A stretch of DNA of 63,311 nt, filler included, from Octopus bimaculoides (lineage: Eukaryota), in the NCBI RefSeq assembly GCF_001194135.2. It is 12 parts of 11 records of this genome, joined end to end, with 100 filler letters (N's around TTAATTAATTAA, not from the genome) between each part and the next. Parts side by side here need not be neighbours in the genome. Positions count along the whole stretch, not along the records: positions 26,547 to 34,948 come from NC_068982.1; positions 35,049 to 36,070 come from NW_026386048.1; positions 36,171 to 38,289 come from NC_068984.1; positions 38,390 to 50,595 come from NC_068994.1; 8 more parts are not named here. One strand, 5' to 3'. Below are positions 26,599-40,554 of this stretch, piece after piece. Numbering within the stretch: position 1 is the stretch's first letter; each line of letters begins with the position of its first letter. The position numbers and the translations under genes were made by a program. The notes below the pieces were generated by a model, which was not told the origin of the DNA, ran no database searches, and saw nothing but the letters and a program-made list of their open reading frames with translations.

Positions 26599-27754
26599 TA
26601 GATAGATAGATAAATATGTGCACACACACACACACACACACATGCGGTGAGGGTGTGTATGCATGCACATATATTATATATGTATATATATATATATGCA
26701 TATACATATATGTCGATATACGTATTCCTGTATGTGTATGCTGTGTTTGCACGGATAAATGACTTTAAGAAATATCAGTAGAAATTCTCCTACATTTACT
26801 GAAGCACACACACAAACACACCCATACACAGACACACACACACATACGCACACACACACGTAGGCACACACATACACAAGCACACACATACGCGTGTATT
26901 TATATAATACATGTACATATATATATACACATATATGAATATATAAATTTCTAAGGATATACACACACGTATATAATCATAAATGTAATATATACATACA
27001 TACATGCATACATACATACATACATATATACATATATACATACATACACATACACATATATACATATGTGTGTGTGTGTGTGCGTGTTGTATATATGCGT
27101 GTCTGTGGTTGTGTATGTAGATGTGTGTATACGTGCACATATTTCTATATGAGAGCTCGTAATAGAAATAGAAATTGCGCTTCGGAGAAGAAAATGTGCT
27201 ACACGAACATATTGTCTCTGACATGGCAATAACAGCAATAACCCATATTTTTTGCCACATGTGAATACAGCGGATCATGCTTAGCACCGCGGGTAGCATT
27301 GTTGAAACAATTGAAGCAACTCTTTACAGAAGTACAGATGCATACATGCATGCACTCCACCGCAAACATGAATATATTGCATATTTTTGTGTTTTAGAAT
27401 GTGTGCGCGTGTATGCATATACTCACATACACAAAGATCACAAATAAACACACGCTCATATTGACATATATTGTTCCATAGTTGAAATGACAGCAGCTAC
27501 TACAACAATGTTTGGCAGTGGTAGTAGCGAGTGAGCCACTTCGTCGTACACTGGACCTGCTTAAAACAGACGCCAAATCTAAGTCAGATCACACGCTACT
27601 TGCTTGAATTTTTCCCTAACACAATAGACTTAGGGAAGAATATAACTCCCCTGAAAGAGACAGGTAGGGTTGTCATAGCTGCAATGACATTGATTGTAGG
27701 TTCCCATAATTGGCATTGACCTGGGGTTAAACAACAACAATAGCAGTAGTAGTC

Positions 27755-27791
<37 letters not shown>

Positions 27792-28938
27792 TATTCTATG
27801 ACTCAACAAGATATCTGAAAAACGTAGGAGCAATGCTATGAGCAAGGACAATTTCAACATCAATAGGAACCAAAAAAAAATAATAATAAACAAATAAAAA
27901 AATAAATGAAAATTATTTCTTTGAAGTAAGATAAATGTTAAGAATACAATATATGTTAAGAATACAATGCAATGAAAATGAGAATATGAAATGCATTTGC
28001 TGATATATAATTTTGCTAACGCACACACGCCGGCACACACACACGCACACACACACACACACACACGCACACACACACACACACACACACGCACACACAC
28101 ATATGTTCTTCAAATAATTTAGTCATTATTAGTGTTTATTATTTTTGGTCTGTATTTGTTAAGTTTATCTCTCTCTCTTTCTTTCTTTCTTTCTCTATCA
28201 ATCGCTTTCTCTTCCTTTCTCTTTCTATATTTTCAGCTATACACACAGATACAAACACACACAGACACACAAACACATGATATTATAAAATATAATATAA
28301 TATGATATAATATAGTATAATATAATACAATTTAAATATAATATAATATAATATAATATAATATAATATACCATGTAATGAGATAAAATAGAATAGAAAG
28401 ATAATATATAATATAGTATATCGTCGGCAGTATGGTTTTTGTTTCCTTTATTGAACTTTGATGGAAATTTCAACAAATTAAGAATTCATAACGTATGACA
28501 TTCAGTGCATAATTCTTTGAATTAATTATCCAGTTTCGTGTTATTTTCTCCTTACAATTGATTCGTTTACCAACCTCAATGTCATGTTTAAGGCACCTCT
28601 TTTAGCGACTTCTTCAAGCCATGTAGGTGAGTAGAGCGATCCTAATAAGGGTTGCTCAGACGCCCCCAAGGTGCTGCCGAGCACCACTGCTACTTCGGTC
28701 GAGTGCGGAACAATGCTTTGCCCTGGATCACCTGTGTGTAGGGTTGTGACTACACGTTTCAGAGATCCATACCTGCTGAGTTGTCATATACCCACCGTCA
28801 CACGGTTTCTGGGATGGTGTGATATCTTGACTTGTGCGTGACCTGGATTAAAATAAGAAGGAGTTGTACAACGTCATCTGTCCCACATTCTCGCACCTTC
28901 CTATGCTTTCAGGCAGACAGACACAGAAGTATTAGTGC

Positions 28939-28982
<44 letters not shown>

Positions 28983-29388
28983 NNNNNNNNNNNNNNNNNN
29001 NNNNNNNNNNNNNNNNNNNNNNNNNNNNNNNNNNNNNNNNNNNNNNNNNNNNNNNNNNNNNNNNNNNNNNNNNNNNNNNNNNNNNNNNNNNNNNNNNNNN
29101 NNNNNNNNNNNNNNNNNNNNNNNNNNNNNNNNNNNNNNNNNNNNNNNNNNNNNNNNNNNNNNNNNNNNNNNNNNNNNNNNNNNNNNNNNNNNNNNNNNNN
29201 NNNNNNNNNNNNNNNNNNNNNNNNNNNNNNNNNNNNNNNNNNNNNNNNNNNNNNNNNNNNNNNNNNNNNNNNNNNNNNNNNNNNNNNNNNNNNNNNNNNN
29301 NNNNNNNNNNNNNNNNNNNNNNNNNNNNNNNNNNNNNNNNNNNNNNNNNNNNNNNNNNNNNNNNNNNNNNNNNNNNNNNNNNNNNNNN

Positions 29389-29425
<37 letters not shown>

Positions 29426-29447
29426 CACACACACATACACATATATA

Positions 29448-29703
29448 TAAGTTTGCGAAGGCGAAACAGGCTTCTCTATCCAGCTGGCAAGTTACTTCAG
29501 GCTGATGACGAGCAAAGACTCAGAAACATGTCCCTGAATGCTGGCTAGGCTGGGTGGAGGAGCTTGTCTCCCGCTCGCAAACTTAAGGACACAGTAATTG
29601 TGTCAAGGCCGACAGGAAGCGGTCCAGCTTCCTAGGGCTAAACGGCAGTAGTGTATTCCCTTATTGGGATTGTCACATTAAGTTGACATTATACTACAAC
29701 TTT
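29448..29703 (+). mobile_element. Retrozyme-like non-coding element between TA microsatellites
   Basis: Contains an intact HHR at 29496-29538 at the tip of a long hairpin plus further hairpins; TA repeats on both sides; no coding homology seen. Confidence 0.65.
29496..29538 (+). ncRNA. Type I minimal hammerhead ribozyme
   Basis: TTCAGG-CTGATGA-C-GAG-CAAAGA-CTC-A-GAAA-CATG-TC-CCTGAA: 6-bp stem I, 3-bp stem II, palindromic stem III, GUC triplet. Confidence 0.9.
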
Positions 29704-29904
29704 ATATATATATATATATATATTGATAGAAAAGGTAAGACAACAAAAGAAAGAAAGAGACCTCGATATTATGTGAATAGAGGAATTTATGGCCAGATAA
29801 CGTAAGAGATAGCGGCGTGGTTTTCCTCCCCGGCATCCGAAACTCGGAGTTTTATCATGGCTACCGAATGCTTGTCACATATTATTTACAGATATATATA
29901 GTGA

Positions 29905-30200
29905 AGGCGTATGTCTTAGTGGTTAGAGAGTTGCACTCATGATTGCGAGATCGTGGTTTCGATTCCCAGACCAGGCGTTGCCTTGTGCTCTTGAGCAAAG
30001 CACTTCATTTCACGTTGCTCTGCGATCATTTCGTCATCTAACATATGATATACGGTGCACCTGTATAGGTAATGTCGATTTGATGACGGGAATGAGCTTA
30101 TGTGTGCACAACCATTTGATCACTATAATAAAATCATCTGTGTCGTTGTTCGGCAAGAAATTGCCGAACCCTACCCTCATATGTTGTCTAATGACAGGAG
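29905..30200 (+). mobile_element. tRNA-derived SINE (family 3-like head)
   Basis: GTGAAGGCGTATGTCTTAGTGGTTAGAG…GGTTTCGATTCCCAGACCAGGC. Confidence 0.7.
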
Positions 30201-30237
30201 AGTCCATCATGTTTTACACACATACACACACACACCC

Positions 30238-30276
<39 letters not shown>

Positions 30277-31440
30277 NNNNNNNNNNNNNNNNNNNNNNNN
30301 NNNNNNNNNNNNNNNNNNNNNNNNNNNNNNNNNNNNNNNNNNNNNNNNNNNNNNNNNNNNNNNNNNNNNNNNNNNNNNNNNNNNNNNNNNNNNNNNNNNN
30401 NNNNNNNNNNNNNNNNNNNNNNNNNNNNNNNNNNNNNNNNNNNNNNNNNNNNNNNNNNNNNNNNNNNNNNNNNNNNNNNNNNNNNNNNNNNNNNNNNNNN
30501 NNNNNNNNNNNNNNNNNNNNNNNNNNNNNNNNNNNNNNNNNNNNNNNNNNNNNNNNNNNNNNNNNNNNNNNNNNNNNNNNNNNNNNNNNNNNNNNNNNNN
30601 NNNNNNNNNNNNNNNNNNNNNNNNNNNNNNNNNNNNNNNNNNNNNNNNNNNNNNNNNNNNNNNNNNNNNNNNNNNNNNNNNNNNNNNNNNNNNNNNNNNN
30701 NNNNNNNNNNNNNNNNNNNNNNNNNNNNNNNNNNNNNNNNNNNNNNNNNNNNNNNNNNNNNNNNNNNNNNNNNNNNNNNNNNNNNNNNNNNNNNNNNNNN
30801 NNNNNNNNNNNNNNNNNNNNNNNNNNNNNNNNNNNNNNNNNNNNNNNNNNNNNNNNNNNNNNNNNNNNNNNNNNNNNNNNNNNNNNNNNNNNNNNNNNNN
30901 NNNNNNNNNNNNNNNNNNNNNNNNNNNNNNNNNNNNNNNNNNNNNNNNNNNNNNNNNNNNNNNNNNNNNNNNNNNNNNNNNNNNTATATTCTCTAATACA
31001 AAGGATATATTTATTCCTTAACACACTTTCACACACTGTGAACATGTCTAAAAGCGAAACTCGTGAGTTACTGGTCTATATTTCAGTCGAAATGAATATA
31101 TTATACTCTACTTTGTAGTGAATTCTTTGAAGTTGATGTAATTTGTTTCAAAAGAGACACCAATACCGACCACCACCACCACCACTGAGCCCCCCGCCAC
31201 CACCATCACCATCACCACTTACAGCACAGCCACAAACACCAACACTACCAGCATCATTGTCATGATCATCGTCATCGAAATCTATGATCATTATCGTTGT
31301 CGTCATCGTCGTCAGAACCGCCCCCAAACACCACATCACCACCACCACCATCATCTCTATCTTCATCAACATTTTATATGGATATATGCAAACTTGTATG
31401 TATGTGTGTGTGTGTGTATGTATTTGTGTGTGTGTGTGTC

Positions 31441-31472
<32 letters not shown>

Positions 31473-31934
31473 TAATTCTGTATCTACTGACACATATATG
31501 TATGTCTTAACTATCCGTTTTAATATATTTCAATATTTTTTTTTGATGTTGCCAAAAAGATGACTGAGTTATTTTTATCAGCATTTCGTCAGTTTATTTT
31601 TCCTCTATATGTCATCAGAGAAGGTAATGCCATGACCCTCTACAAGGCCTCTGAGACTCAAGAAAGTTGGGGGAGGAGGCTATATTGACTCTGAAATCTT
31701 GACCCCGGATGCTTACAATTGACTGCACTTTACTAAAATCATCCAAGGTGCCAAATGGTCGTATTAAACTGGGCGACGGATTAAGTCTACAACTCGACAG
31801 ACTTTTGATCTGCTATAAAAGAAGACAATTTATGGATGGCAATGAAATGATATTAAAGTAGAAATAGCTGAAGAAGAAAGAAGGTATTTCATACATTCGA
31901 TGTTCTAGGTTCTTAATGTTGGTTGTAATATTGG

Positions 31935-32145
31935 TTTCAAATTGTGGCACTAGGCCAAAAATTTTGGTGATTACATCCACCCTAGTGATTGATCAATGAT
32001 ACTTATTTTATCGACTCCGAAAAGATGATAAGCAAAGTTGTCCTCTGCTGAATTTGAACTCAGAACGTAGAGACGGACGAAATACCGCAAACATTTTTCC
32101 CGGCGTGTTACCAATTCTGTCAGCTCGCTACCTTAGTTTTGGTTG
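31935..32145 (-). mobile_element. SINE family 2
   Basis: TTTTATCGACTCCGAAAAGATG…GAATTTGAACTCAGAACGTA matches the family. Confidence 0.75.
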
Positions 32146-32249
32146 TAATGTTCAGCTTTTTAGAGAAGAATGGTGTGGAGATGGGGAAATGTGTGAGATA
32201 ACTAACTTAGTACTATACTAAATATTCTATAAATATCAGATAATAGACG

Positions 32250-32582
32250 ACAGTTTGGCTGAGTGGTAAGAAGCCACTTCCTAACCACATGGTTTCGGAT
32301 TCGGTTCCACTGCGTGGCACTAGGGCAGGTATTTTTTACTATTGTCTCGGGCCTATTTTGTGAATGGATTTGATAGACGAAAACTGAAAGAAGCCCATCG
32401 TATATATGTTTACACACACACTCTGCGCTTTTTTCCCCTCTCTCTGTTTATTTTCTCGTGTTCCTTTCTGTTGAAGAGCGTAGGCTCGAACTGTAAAAGA
32501 CTTTCTCACATTCCCGAGCGTTAAACTAATACACCTGCTTGTTGTTTAAACACCTGTCTTCGTCTTCTTTTTTCTAAATTCC

Positions 32583-32632
<50 letters not shown>

Positions 32633-32850
32633 GTGAAAGTGTGTGTGTTTATGTCTGTGCTTATCCCCATGCACTGCTTAACAATCAGTGTTGGTGCGTT
32701 TTTGTCCCCCTAGCTTAGCGGTTCAGCAAAAAATCCGGTAGAATAAGTACCAGATTTGAAAAGCTAAAATAATTACTGGGATCGATTCGTTCTACTAAAA
32801 ATCCCTGACTAAAATCCTTCAATGGTAGAAACAAATAAAATATAAACTGT
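32250..32850 (+). mobile_element. Full-length SINE family 1 interrupted in its internal microsatellite by an HHR-relic element
   Basis: Head 32250-32405 and tail 32636-32850 match 11478-12060 in reverse; the insert at 32415-32587 is unrelated. Confidence 0.75.
32415..32587 (+). mobile_element. Short CA/TA-bounded element with degenerate HHR fold
   Basis: CTTT-CTGTTGA-A-GAGC-GTAG-GCTC-GAACTG-TA-AAAG at 32464-32499: stems I and II intact, core deviates. Confidence 0.55.
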
Positions 32851-32953
32851 TTTTAATAATAATCAGTATCAATAAATGTTGAATCAATTTGAAAGTAAGA
32901 TCCCGGCTAGGAAGATAGATACATGTCGGTATGTCAGGATATGTAGAATACTT

Positions 32954-32984
<31 letters not shown>

Positions 32985-33398
32985 TTTTGTGTATGTATAA
33001 AACTTTCATTGGGCTAAAGATACCTTGCTTTTGATTAAGGTGTCTTTGGCCGAATGAGTAACTAGCGGATTACCCTTCGTTTAGATAATTACTATTCCTG
33101 AAGTTCTGGTAGCTATAAAACATATGTAGCCAGGATTTTATCTACTCCATTCCCTAATTTTCGGTTTCTATTCGAATACACAGCAACCCCTACTTCTAAC
33201 CGTAAGCTATAAAGCAATTTTTTTTAGCCTATTGAATTACGATTCTGGAAAAAAAAAACAACCGTTTAAGTCAATAAACCACAATTGTTCCTGAAAGTTA
33301 TTTTTTAATCTTCTACAGACTGCTCGAAGCTTAATATCTTTCTACACCTTGATCGGTGGATCTTAACTTTACACACATAATTACATGTATGCATACAT

Positions 33399-33455
<57 letters not shown>

Positions 33456-34009
33456 NNNNNNNNNNNNNNNNNNNNNNNNNNNNNNNNNNNNNNNNNNNNN
33501 NNNNNNNNNNNNNNNNNNNNNNNNNNNNNNNNNNNNNNNNNNNNNNNNNNNNNNNNNNNNNNNNNNNNNNNNNNNNNNNNNNNNNNNNNNNNNNNNNNNN
33601 NNNNNNNNNNNNNNNNNNNNNNNNNNNNNNNNNNNNNNNNNNNNNNNNNNNNNNNNNNNNNNNNNNNNNNNNNNNNNNNNNNNNNNNNNNNNNNNNNNNN
33701 NNNNNNNNNNNNNNNNNNNNNNNNNNNNNNNNNNNNNNNNNNNNNNNNNNNNNNNNNNNNNNNNNNNNNNNNNNNNNNNNNNNNNNNNNNNNNNNNNNNN
33801 NNNNNNNNNNNNNNNNNNNNNNNNNNNNNNNNNNNNNNNNNNNNNNNNNNNNNNNNNNNNNNNNNNNNNNNNNNNNNNNNNNNNNNNNNNNNNNNNNNNN
33901 NNNNNNNNNNNNNNNNNNNNNNNNNNNNNNNNNNNNNNNNNNNNNNNNNNNNNNNNNNNNNNNNNNNNNNNNNNNNNNNNNNNNNNNNNNNNNNNNNNNN
34001 NNNNNNATA

Positions 34010-34265
34010 TATTAGTTTTGCAAGATTTTTGATGTGAAATCGTGTGTTGAAACAGATGTTGTTGTACTTGGGGATGGTCATATTGCCAGTTTAGCCAATA
34101 AAACACACGCACTGTATATTTGGTGTTAATTTGCTTCAGCTTTATATTACATTAATCTTAATCTTATTTTGGCCAGAGTTCTTTCGTCACACTTCTGTGA
34201 CCTCATCAGTGGTCCTTTGTTTCCTTCTTTCTTATGTGTGTCTCACCTTGCTAACTATCAGCCAT
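34010..34265 (-). mobile_element. Short microsatellite-bounded element with near-intact HHR (copy 2)
   Basis: Minus: GGACCA-CTGATGA-G-GTCAC-AGAAGT-GTGAC-GAAA-GAAC-TC-TGGCC at 34171-34215; homologous to 7950-8200. Confidence 0.75.
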
Positions 34266-34324
34266 TTATATATATATAAATGTACATACACACACACACA
34301 CACACGCACACACACATATATATA

Positions 34325-34850
34325 TGTAAAGTAGTCTGTAGTAAATGTGGAGCATCGTATATGGAGAACAACACTAGGAAATCATGCCCATCTAAATAAT
34401 GCACTCAGGCACTGCAATAATAAAAAGAAACACTTAAGGAAATGTAAGACCCAGGATTTTAAGGTATCCATCCGGGGCAGTAAACGCCACTGAGCAATCT
34501 TAGAATCATGGAGGTCTTACTTATGAAGAAATTGAGATCAGCCATTAACAACAGAGAAGAACTACATGAAGCAAACTTATTACTATAGCAACATCAGTTT
34601 GCCGATGTCATCTTCCTCCTTCCTCCCCCACACACCTGAGCTACAACTTTTCCATACTTCGCTTAAAATCTCCTGAAGATGGGTTATAACCCGTAAATAT
34701 AGAAAGTAAAAGAGCAACTTTGTTTTTGTTTTTATCTTCCTTTTCCTTTTGTAGTTTACTTTGTACCTACTCGTATTGTTCTGGCCTTACACAACAAATC
34801 TCTTTAAAGTTATACCAGAGAATGTTTTTCCCAAACTAGGCCGTTTTAAT
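34325..34850 (+). mobile_element. PLE 3' relic (GIY-YIG C-terminus plus pLTR with decayed HHR)
   Basis: VCSKCGASY…, IMEVLLMKKLRSAINNREELHEANLLL*; downstream CTGAAGA-T-GGGT-TATA-ACCC-GTAAA at 34673-34697. Confidence 0.6.
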
Positions 34851-34896
34851 GTATACATACATACATTCATACATACATATATATATACATACGTAC

Positions 34897-34927
<31 letters not shown>

Positions 34928-35048
34928 TGTATGTATGTATGTATGTATNNNNNNNNNNNNNNNNNNNNNNNNNNNNNNNNNNNNNNNNNNNNTTAATTAA
35001 TTAANNNNNNNNNNNNNNNNNNNNNNNNNNNNNNNNNNNNNNNNNNNN

Positions 35049-35840
<792 letters not shown>

Positions 35841-36170
35841 GAAAAAAGAAAAAAAGATATTTAATCAAACAGTTTTGTGTAAATAGGATGGAATTCTCCT
35901 GTCATTTTATTCATTGCTCCTGGCCGTGATGTTAAGAACTCACAAATATATTTCTCCTCGTGCATTTTGAGTACTGAAAGAGTAGCAGATTCAGAATATT
36001 TTCTAAGAATATGCACTTTTAAGTCTTTTTCAAAATTGCAGCCGTTTGATGCAAAATGTTCGGCAAGTTCNNNNNNNNNNNNNNNNNNNNNNNNNNNNNN
36101 NNNNNNNNNNNNNNTTAATTAATTAANNNNNNNNNNNNNNNNNNNNNNNNNNNNNNNNNNNNNNNNNNNN

Positions 36171-36480
36171 ATTTCCAACCCTCACCTTACTGGCAGCATC
36201 TCTGTACATGGCTCGCACAGCTCTCACTAACCATTCTTCTATCCCAAGTTTCCTCATTGACCACCAGATAAGGGATCGGGGGACCCTGTCAAAGGCTTTC
36301 TCCATGTCAACGAAAGCCAGGTACAGAGGTTTATCCTTAGCTAGGTATTTCTCCTGCAGCTGTCTCACTAGAAATAAGGCATCAGTAGTGCTTTTACCTG
36401 GCACGAACCCAAACTGCATCTCATCTAAATTGATTCGCTCCCTAATTAGTTGGGCTATGACCCTCTCTGTAACTTTCATG
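36171..36480 (-). mobile_element. RTE-clade LINE reverse transcriptase fragment
   Basis: MKVTERVIAQLIRERINLDEMQFGFVPGKSTTDALFLVRQLQEKYLAKDKPLYLAFVDMEKAFDRVPRSLIWWSMRKLG. Confidence 0.92.
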
Positions 36481-37433
36481 TGTGTTGATTTTTTTCTTTT
36501 GTGCAAGAGGTGCAGTTTTGCAGACAAAACCAGTAATGCTGATAAATTTACGAAAGGTAAATAATAATACAAATATTTGAAAAGTATTTTTGAAAGGGAA
36601 ATTTATAAATGGAGGTGTATATCATTACAAAAGACATGATCAAAACAACCAAATAGATATTACAGAAGGTAATGTCTATTAACACAGAATCTCTAAAAAG
36701 TTAAAGACCATCTTGAAGAAGAAAAAATATATAAAAGAAAAAAATTGGAAGGTTTTTATAAAAAAAAAATCTCACACAAACATTTATTCTCCTGTGACAA
36801 GGCATGAATGAATGATTATAGTTGCCTACTTCTCCTCTCCTATTCCCCATCTCTTCCTTACTGTACCCGGAGTGCCCACCCTCATACATCATCATCACTG
36901 TTTTTATTTCTTTCCAGCTCCATCCAATCTCTCTCACCCTCTCTTCTAAAATGTGAGTAGTCATGTAGCTCCTCTACTGCAAGAAACTTGTTCTACTCTG
37001 GTCCTTTCTTTCACACTTTTACCCCTCATCTCCAAGCATAAAGCTTCCCCTTTGGGCTTTGTAGCTGCATGGTGACCTCACTACTGCTGGAGGCACACAA
37101 AAAAGCACACAGTACATGCAGTGAAGTGGTTGATGTTAGGAAGGCATCCAATTGTAGAAATCATGCCAAATCAGACATTGGAGCATAGTGCAGTCTTTGG
37201 TTGGGTATATTGGACATTATCAAACTGTTCAACCCCTGCCAACATGGAACACAAACATTAAATGACGGTGATGATGAATGTTAAATTATTAAGCTAGCAT
37301 TGTTGAAAGTAAGACGTTTCTTAACTCAAAAAGTTGAAATATAATTATTTATTTGGAAGTTTTCCGAAAAGAAATTTATGAATGGAGTTGTATGGCTGTT
37401 CAACTGACAAGAGTTAAAACAAGATCAAAACAG

Positions 37434-37480
<47 letters not shown>

Positions 37481-39665
37481 TTATATATATGACATGATAA
37501 AATGATGTTTAACATAGAATTTCAGACGTTCAAAACTTAATGCAAAGACTTGTTTTGAAAGCAATAGCTAAATAAATAAATAAATAAATAGATTAAAAAC
37601 AGGAGACTTAGAGAATGGTATATGATTCACTTATTTTGAAGCATTTATCTATTCCTTTTGGCAATTCAGAAAAGCCAGTTTTTTTTTCTTTCTTTTTAAC
37701 ATTTTCCATTACTATTGATTTCATTTTTAATTACACCATTTTCCTCAAAGATTATAGCCTAAAGAAAACCTAGTGCATATAAAAGGCAAGGTAAATTTTT
37801 CTGGTATTTCAATACCTAAAAATAGTGGTGCACACTATACACAAGTGCATATTATACTCTAATAAATATGGTATCTAAAAACCATCAATTTGATAACATC
37901 CACAGGTTTGTGTTAAAATTTGCTCAACTGATAACATTTATATCAGGTCTTGGTGAGATAGTACCAAATAATACTATCATACGATGTGGTACTATTTTCA
38001 GGGAATGAAATACCATAGAGAGAGGGAAAACAGTCAAAGTATCAGCTGCTCCTGGACAGGCTTGTGGTTGAGCATCCCTGCTTGCAGCTATCAGAGTAGA
38101 GATGGCTATCTACAAGTGCAAGCCCAAATGAGTCAGAGTAGCTATTTCAGCACATCTCCCTTGCTATCTTCCAGGGCAACTCCTCAATTCTGTCCACCTA
38201 AATAATACATTTTAATTTAGTAGATCTCTCTCTCTTTCTTTCTCTCCAAGCACGCGCACACACGCGCGCGCGCACGCACGCACGCACACNNNNNNNNNNN
38301 NNNNNNNNNNNNNNNNNNNNNNNNNNNNNNNNNTTAATTAATTAANNNNNNNNNNNNNNNNNNNNNNNNNNNNNNNNNNNNNNNNNNNNCTGTTGTTTTT
38401 CTTTTATTTTTACTTTTGTCTTCATTGGTGAAATGGTTGGGCGTGCTGATGGTGGCGATGATAGAGGTGGTGGTATGATTGAGGTGATGATGGTGGTTGT
38501 GGTCGTGGTGGTGGAGGACATTCTAATTTCAGAGATATTTCTTTTGGTGGAAATCACATGAACCTTCATATATTCTTATCAACCATATCTAAAACTGTTA
38601 TTTATGAAACAGTTTGTACAATCTCTTTGGGAACATTCAATGCTATTGTTTTATTTATTGCTTGATTGAGTCAGACCAAAATTCAATGTTCTGTTATTAT
38701 TTATATTTGTGCAATAGCTTCAAATTTTGTTTCTTTATTTTGTGAGGTTGTTGTTTTTTTTGTTTGTTTGCATTTTCATTTTTTTTTTGTTTTCGTTTTG
38801 TTTCTGCTTTTCTTTTGTTCGTTTGTTTTTGTTTATCCTCACTAATATCATAGTAAAAGAGAACATTATCAACAAATATTGATTCTATAAGCTGTTAATA
38901 TCATTCAGCCCAGAAATTAAACTTGGCTGCTGAAAAAGAATATTGTTTTGCAATACATGAAGAATACTACAGATATGTCAATGGAGAAAGAAAAAAAAAA
39001 AAANNNNNNNNNNAAAAAAAAAAAAAAAAAGAGAAAATGAAAATAAAAGAAAATACAACAGACAAAACAAGAAACAAAAGAAAGAAAACGCTATATTTTC
39101 AAACACTGAAGCATAAAGTCTTAGTAAATATTGAAGTTATAACAACATTTTCAGAATTATTCCTGCTAGTCTAACATTGCATCATTAAACATTTTATTTA
39201 GAAGTCTAAGACTGAATGTTATGCTCGTAGTAGCAGTATACTAAATGTTTACATTAAAGACAAGCTTCAAGACAATCTAAACACATTCCATTCATGTTTG
39301 CAAATTTTGTTAAATGTCAGCTAATGCTATAAAGGCAAACAATACAGTGGGAAACATAACTTTCAGAGAGACTGCTTTAATACATGGTTTTAACTATTTT
39401 ACTTTCTTGATATTGACCAATGCTCAGGGGAAAGACAATCTGGACAAAGCAACAGAAAATTATACTAGTAACTTTATACTTGTATTCATTTACTTGTCAT
39501 AGTCACCAGACTGTGGTCATGCTGGGTTGCCCTCTTTAAGGGTTTTAGTCTCAGGGTTTTAGTCTCGGTGCTTATCTATTGTTTGCATTTATCAAATCAC
39601 TAAGTTATGCTTGTTGATACATCTGTTTTGAGCTTGTGCTTGTGAACATAAAATAGATGCAGACC

Positions 39666-39704
<39 letters not shown>

Positions 39705-39719
39705 GCAAATATATGTGTT

Positions 39720-40520
39720 GTTGCAATGCATCGCTGCATCCACCATTTGTCAGTATCTACTATAGTCATCTTGGGCTATTCTCTAGTGTCCCAGTCAATT
39801 ACCATTTCCACAAAATACTTCCTCATTCTACTACAACCACGAGGCATGTGGCTGGCCAACACTAGTCATTACCACCAGCCAGATCCCTCTGAGAAGAGGT
39901 GTATGGGATTCAACTCAGAAAATTGAGCAACAGGACAAAACAGTCTAAGCTGACATTCCCAAACAATACTAATAACAAGATGCGTTCCAGTTTTTTAGTA
40001 GAGTTGTTTGTTGGGTGTAGAATCTGGCCAGTGGTAGCCCATAATTCTGTGAAGTGTCCAGGTACCAAAGGAACCCAGGCAGCCCTTAAGGGCTTCAGAT
40101 AGTGTCCAAGTCCTACTAGTGTTGAGCAACTAGACAGGGTGGTCCAGAAACCTGAAGACCTGAATCTTTGTCCTCCTGTTCAGATACTGACAGCACCATA
40201 TACCCTTACACAGTGAGTCTACAACTGCACCAGTATGTATAGTATCAAATATCCATCACAGTTGATCTTACCAATCAGTTTTGTGTAAAAAATACAATGG
40301 AGTGTTAGGTAACAATTTGGTTATATAACTTTACGCTCATCAGAGTTAGCTGATATGGAAGGGAATATGGCAACTGTTCTCAATTGTCAGAGGTGGATTA
40401 GTACAGTCAGTCAGCTGTACCTGCACACCCTACCATGACAGCAATAACAGATCTCCATATTTACCAGCTTTTTCTCTTTCTTTCATGATGAGATGTTGAT
40501 CTCCTGGTGCTGCTACATCG
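39720..40520 (-). mobile_element. Decayed RTE-like LINE, RT C-terminal region
   Basis: RRTKIQVFRF…TWTLSEALKGCLGSFGTWTLHRIMGYHWPD…CQLRLFCPVAQF…. Confidence 0.7.
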
Positions 40521-40554
40521 ATTATTAGGCACTCTTGTTTGTCTCTCATTATTA

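Noticed and set aside
28500-28930. GC-richer block with a GGTGCT/AGCACC hairpin and a minus-strand CTCTGAAACGTGTAGTC resembling an HHR 3' half
   Set aside because: The matching 5' core reads CTCAGCA and stem II does not pair; too degenerate to call
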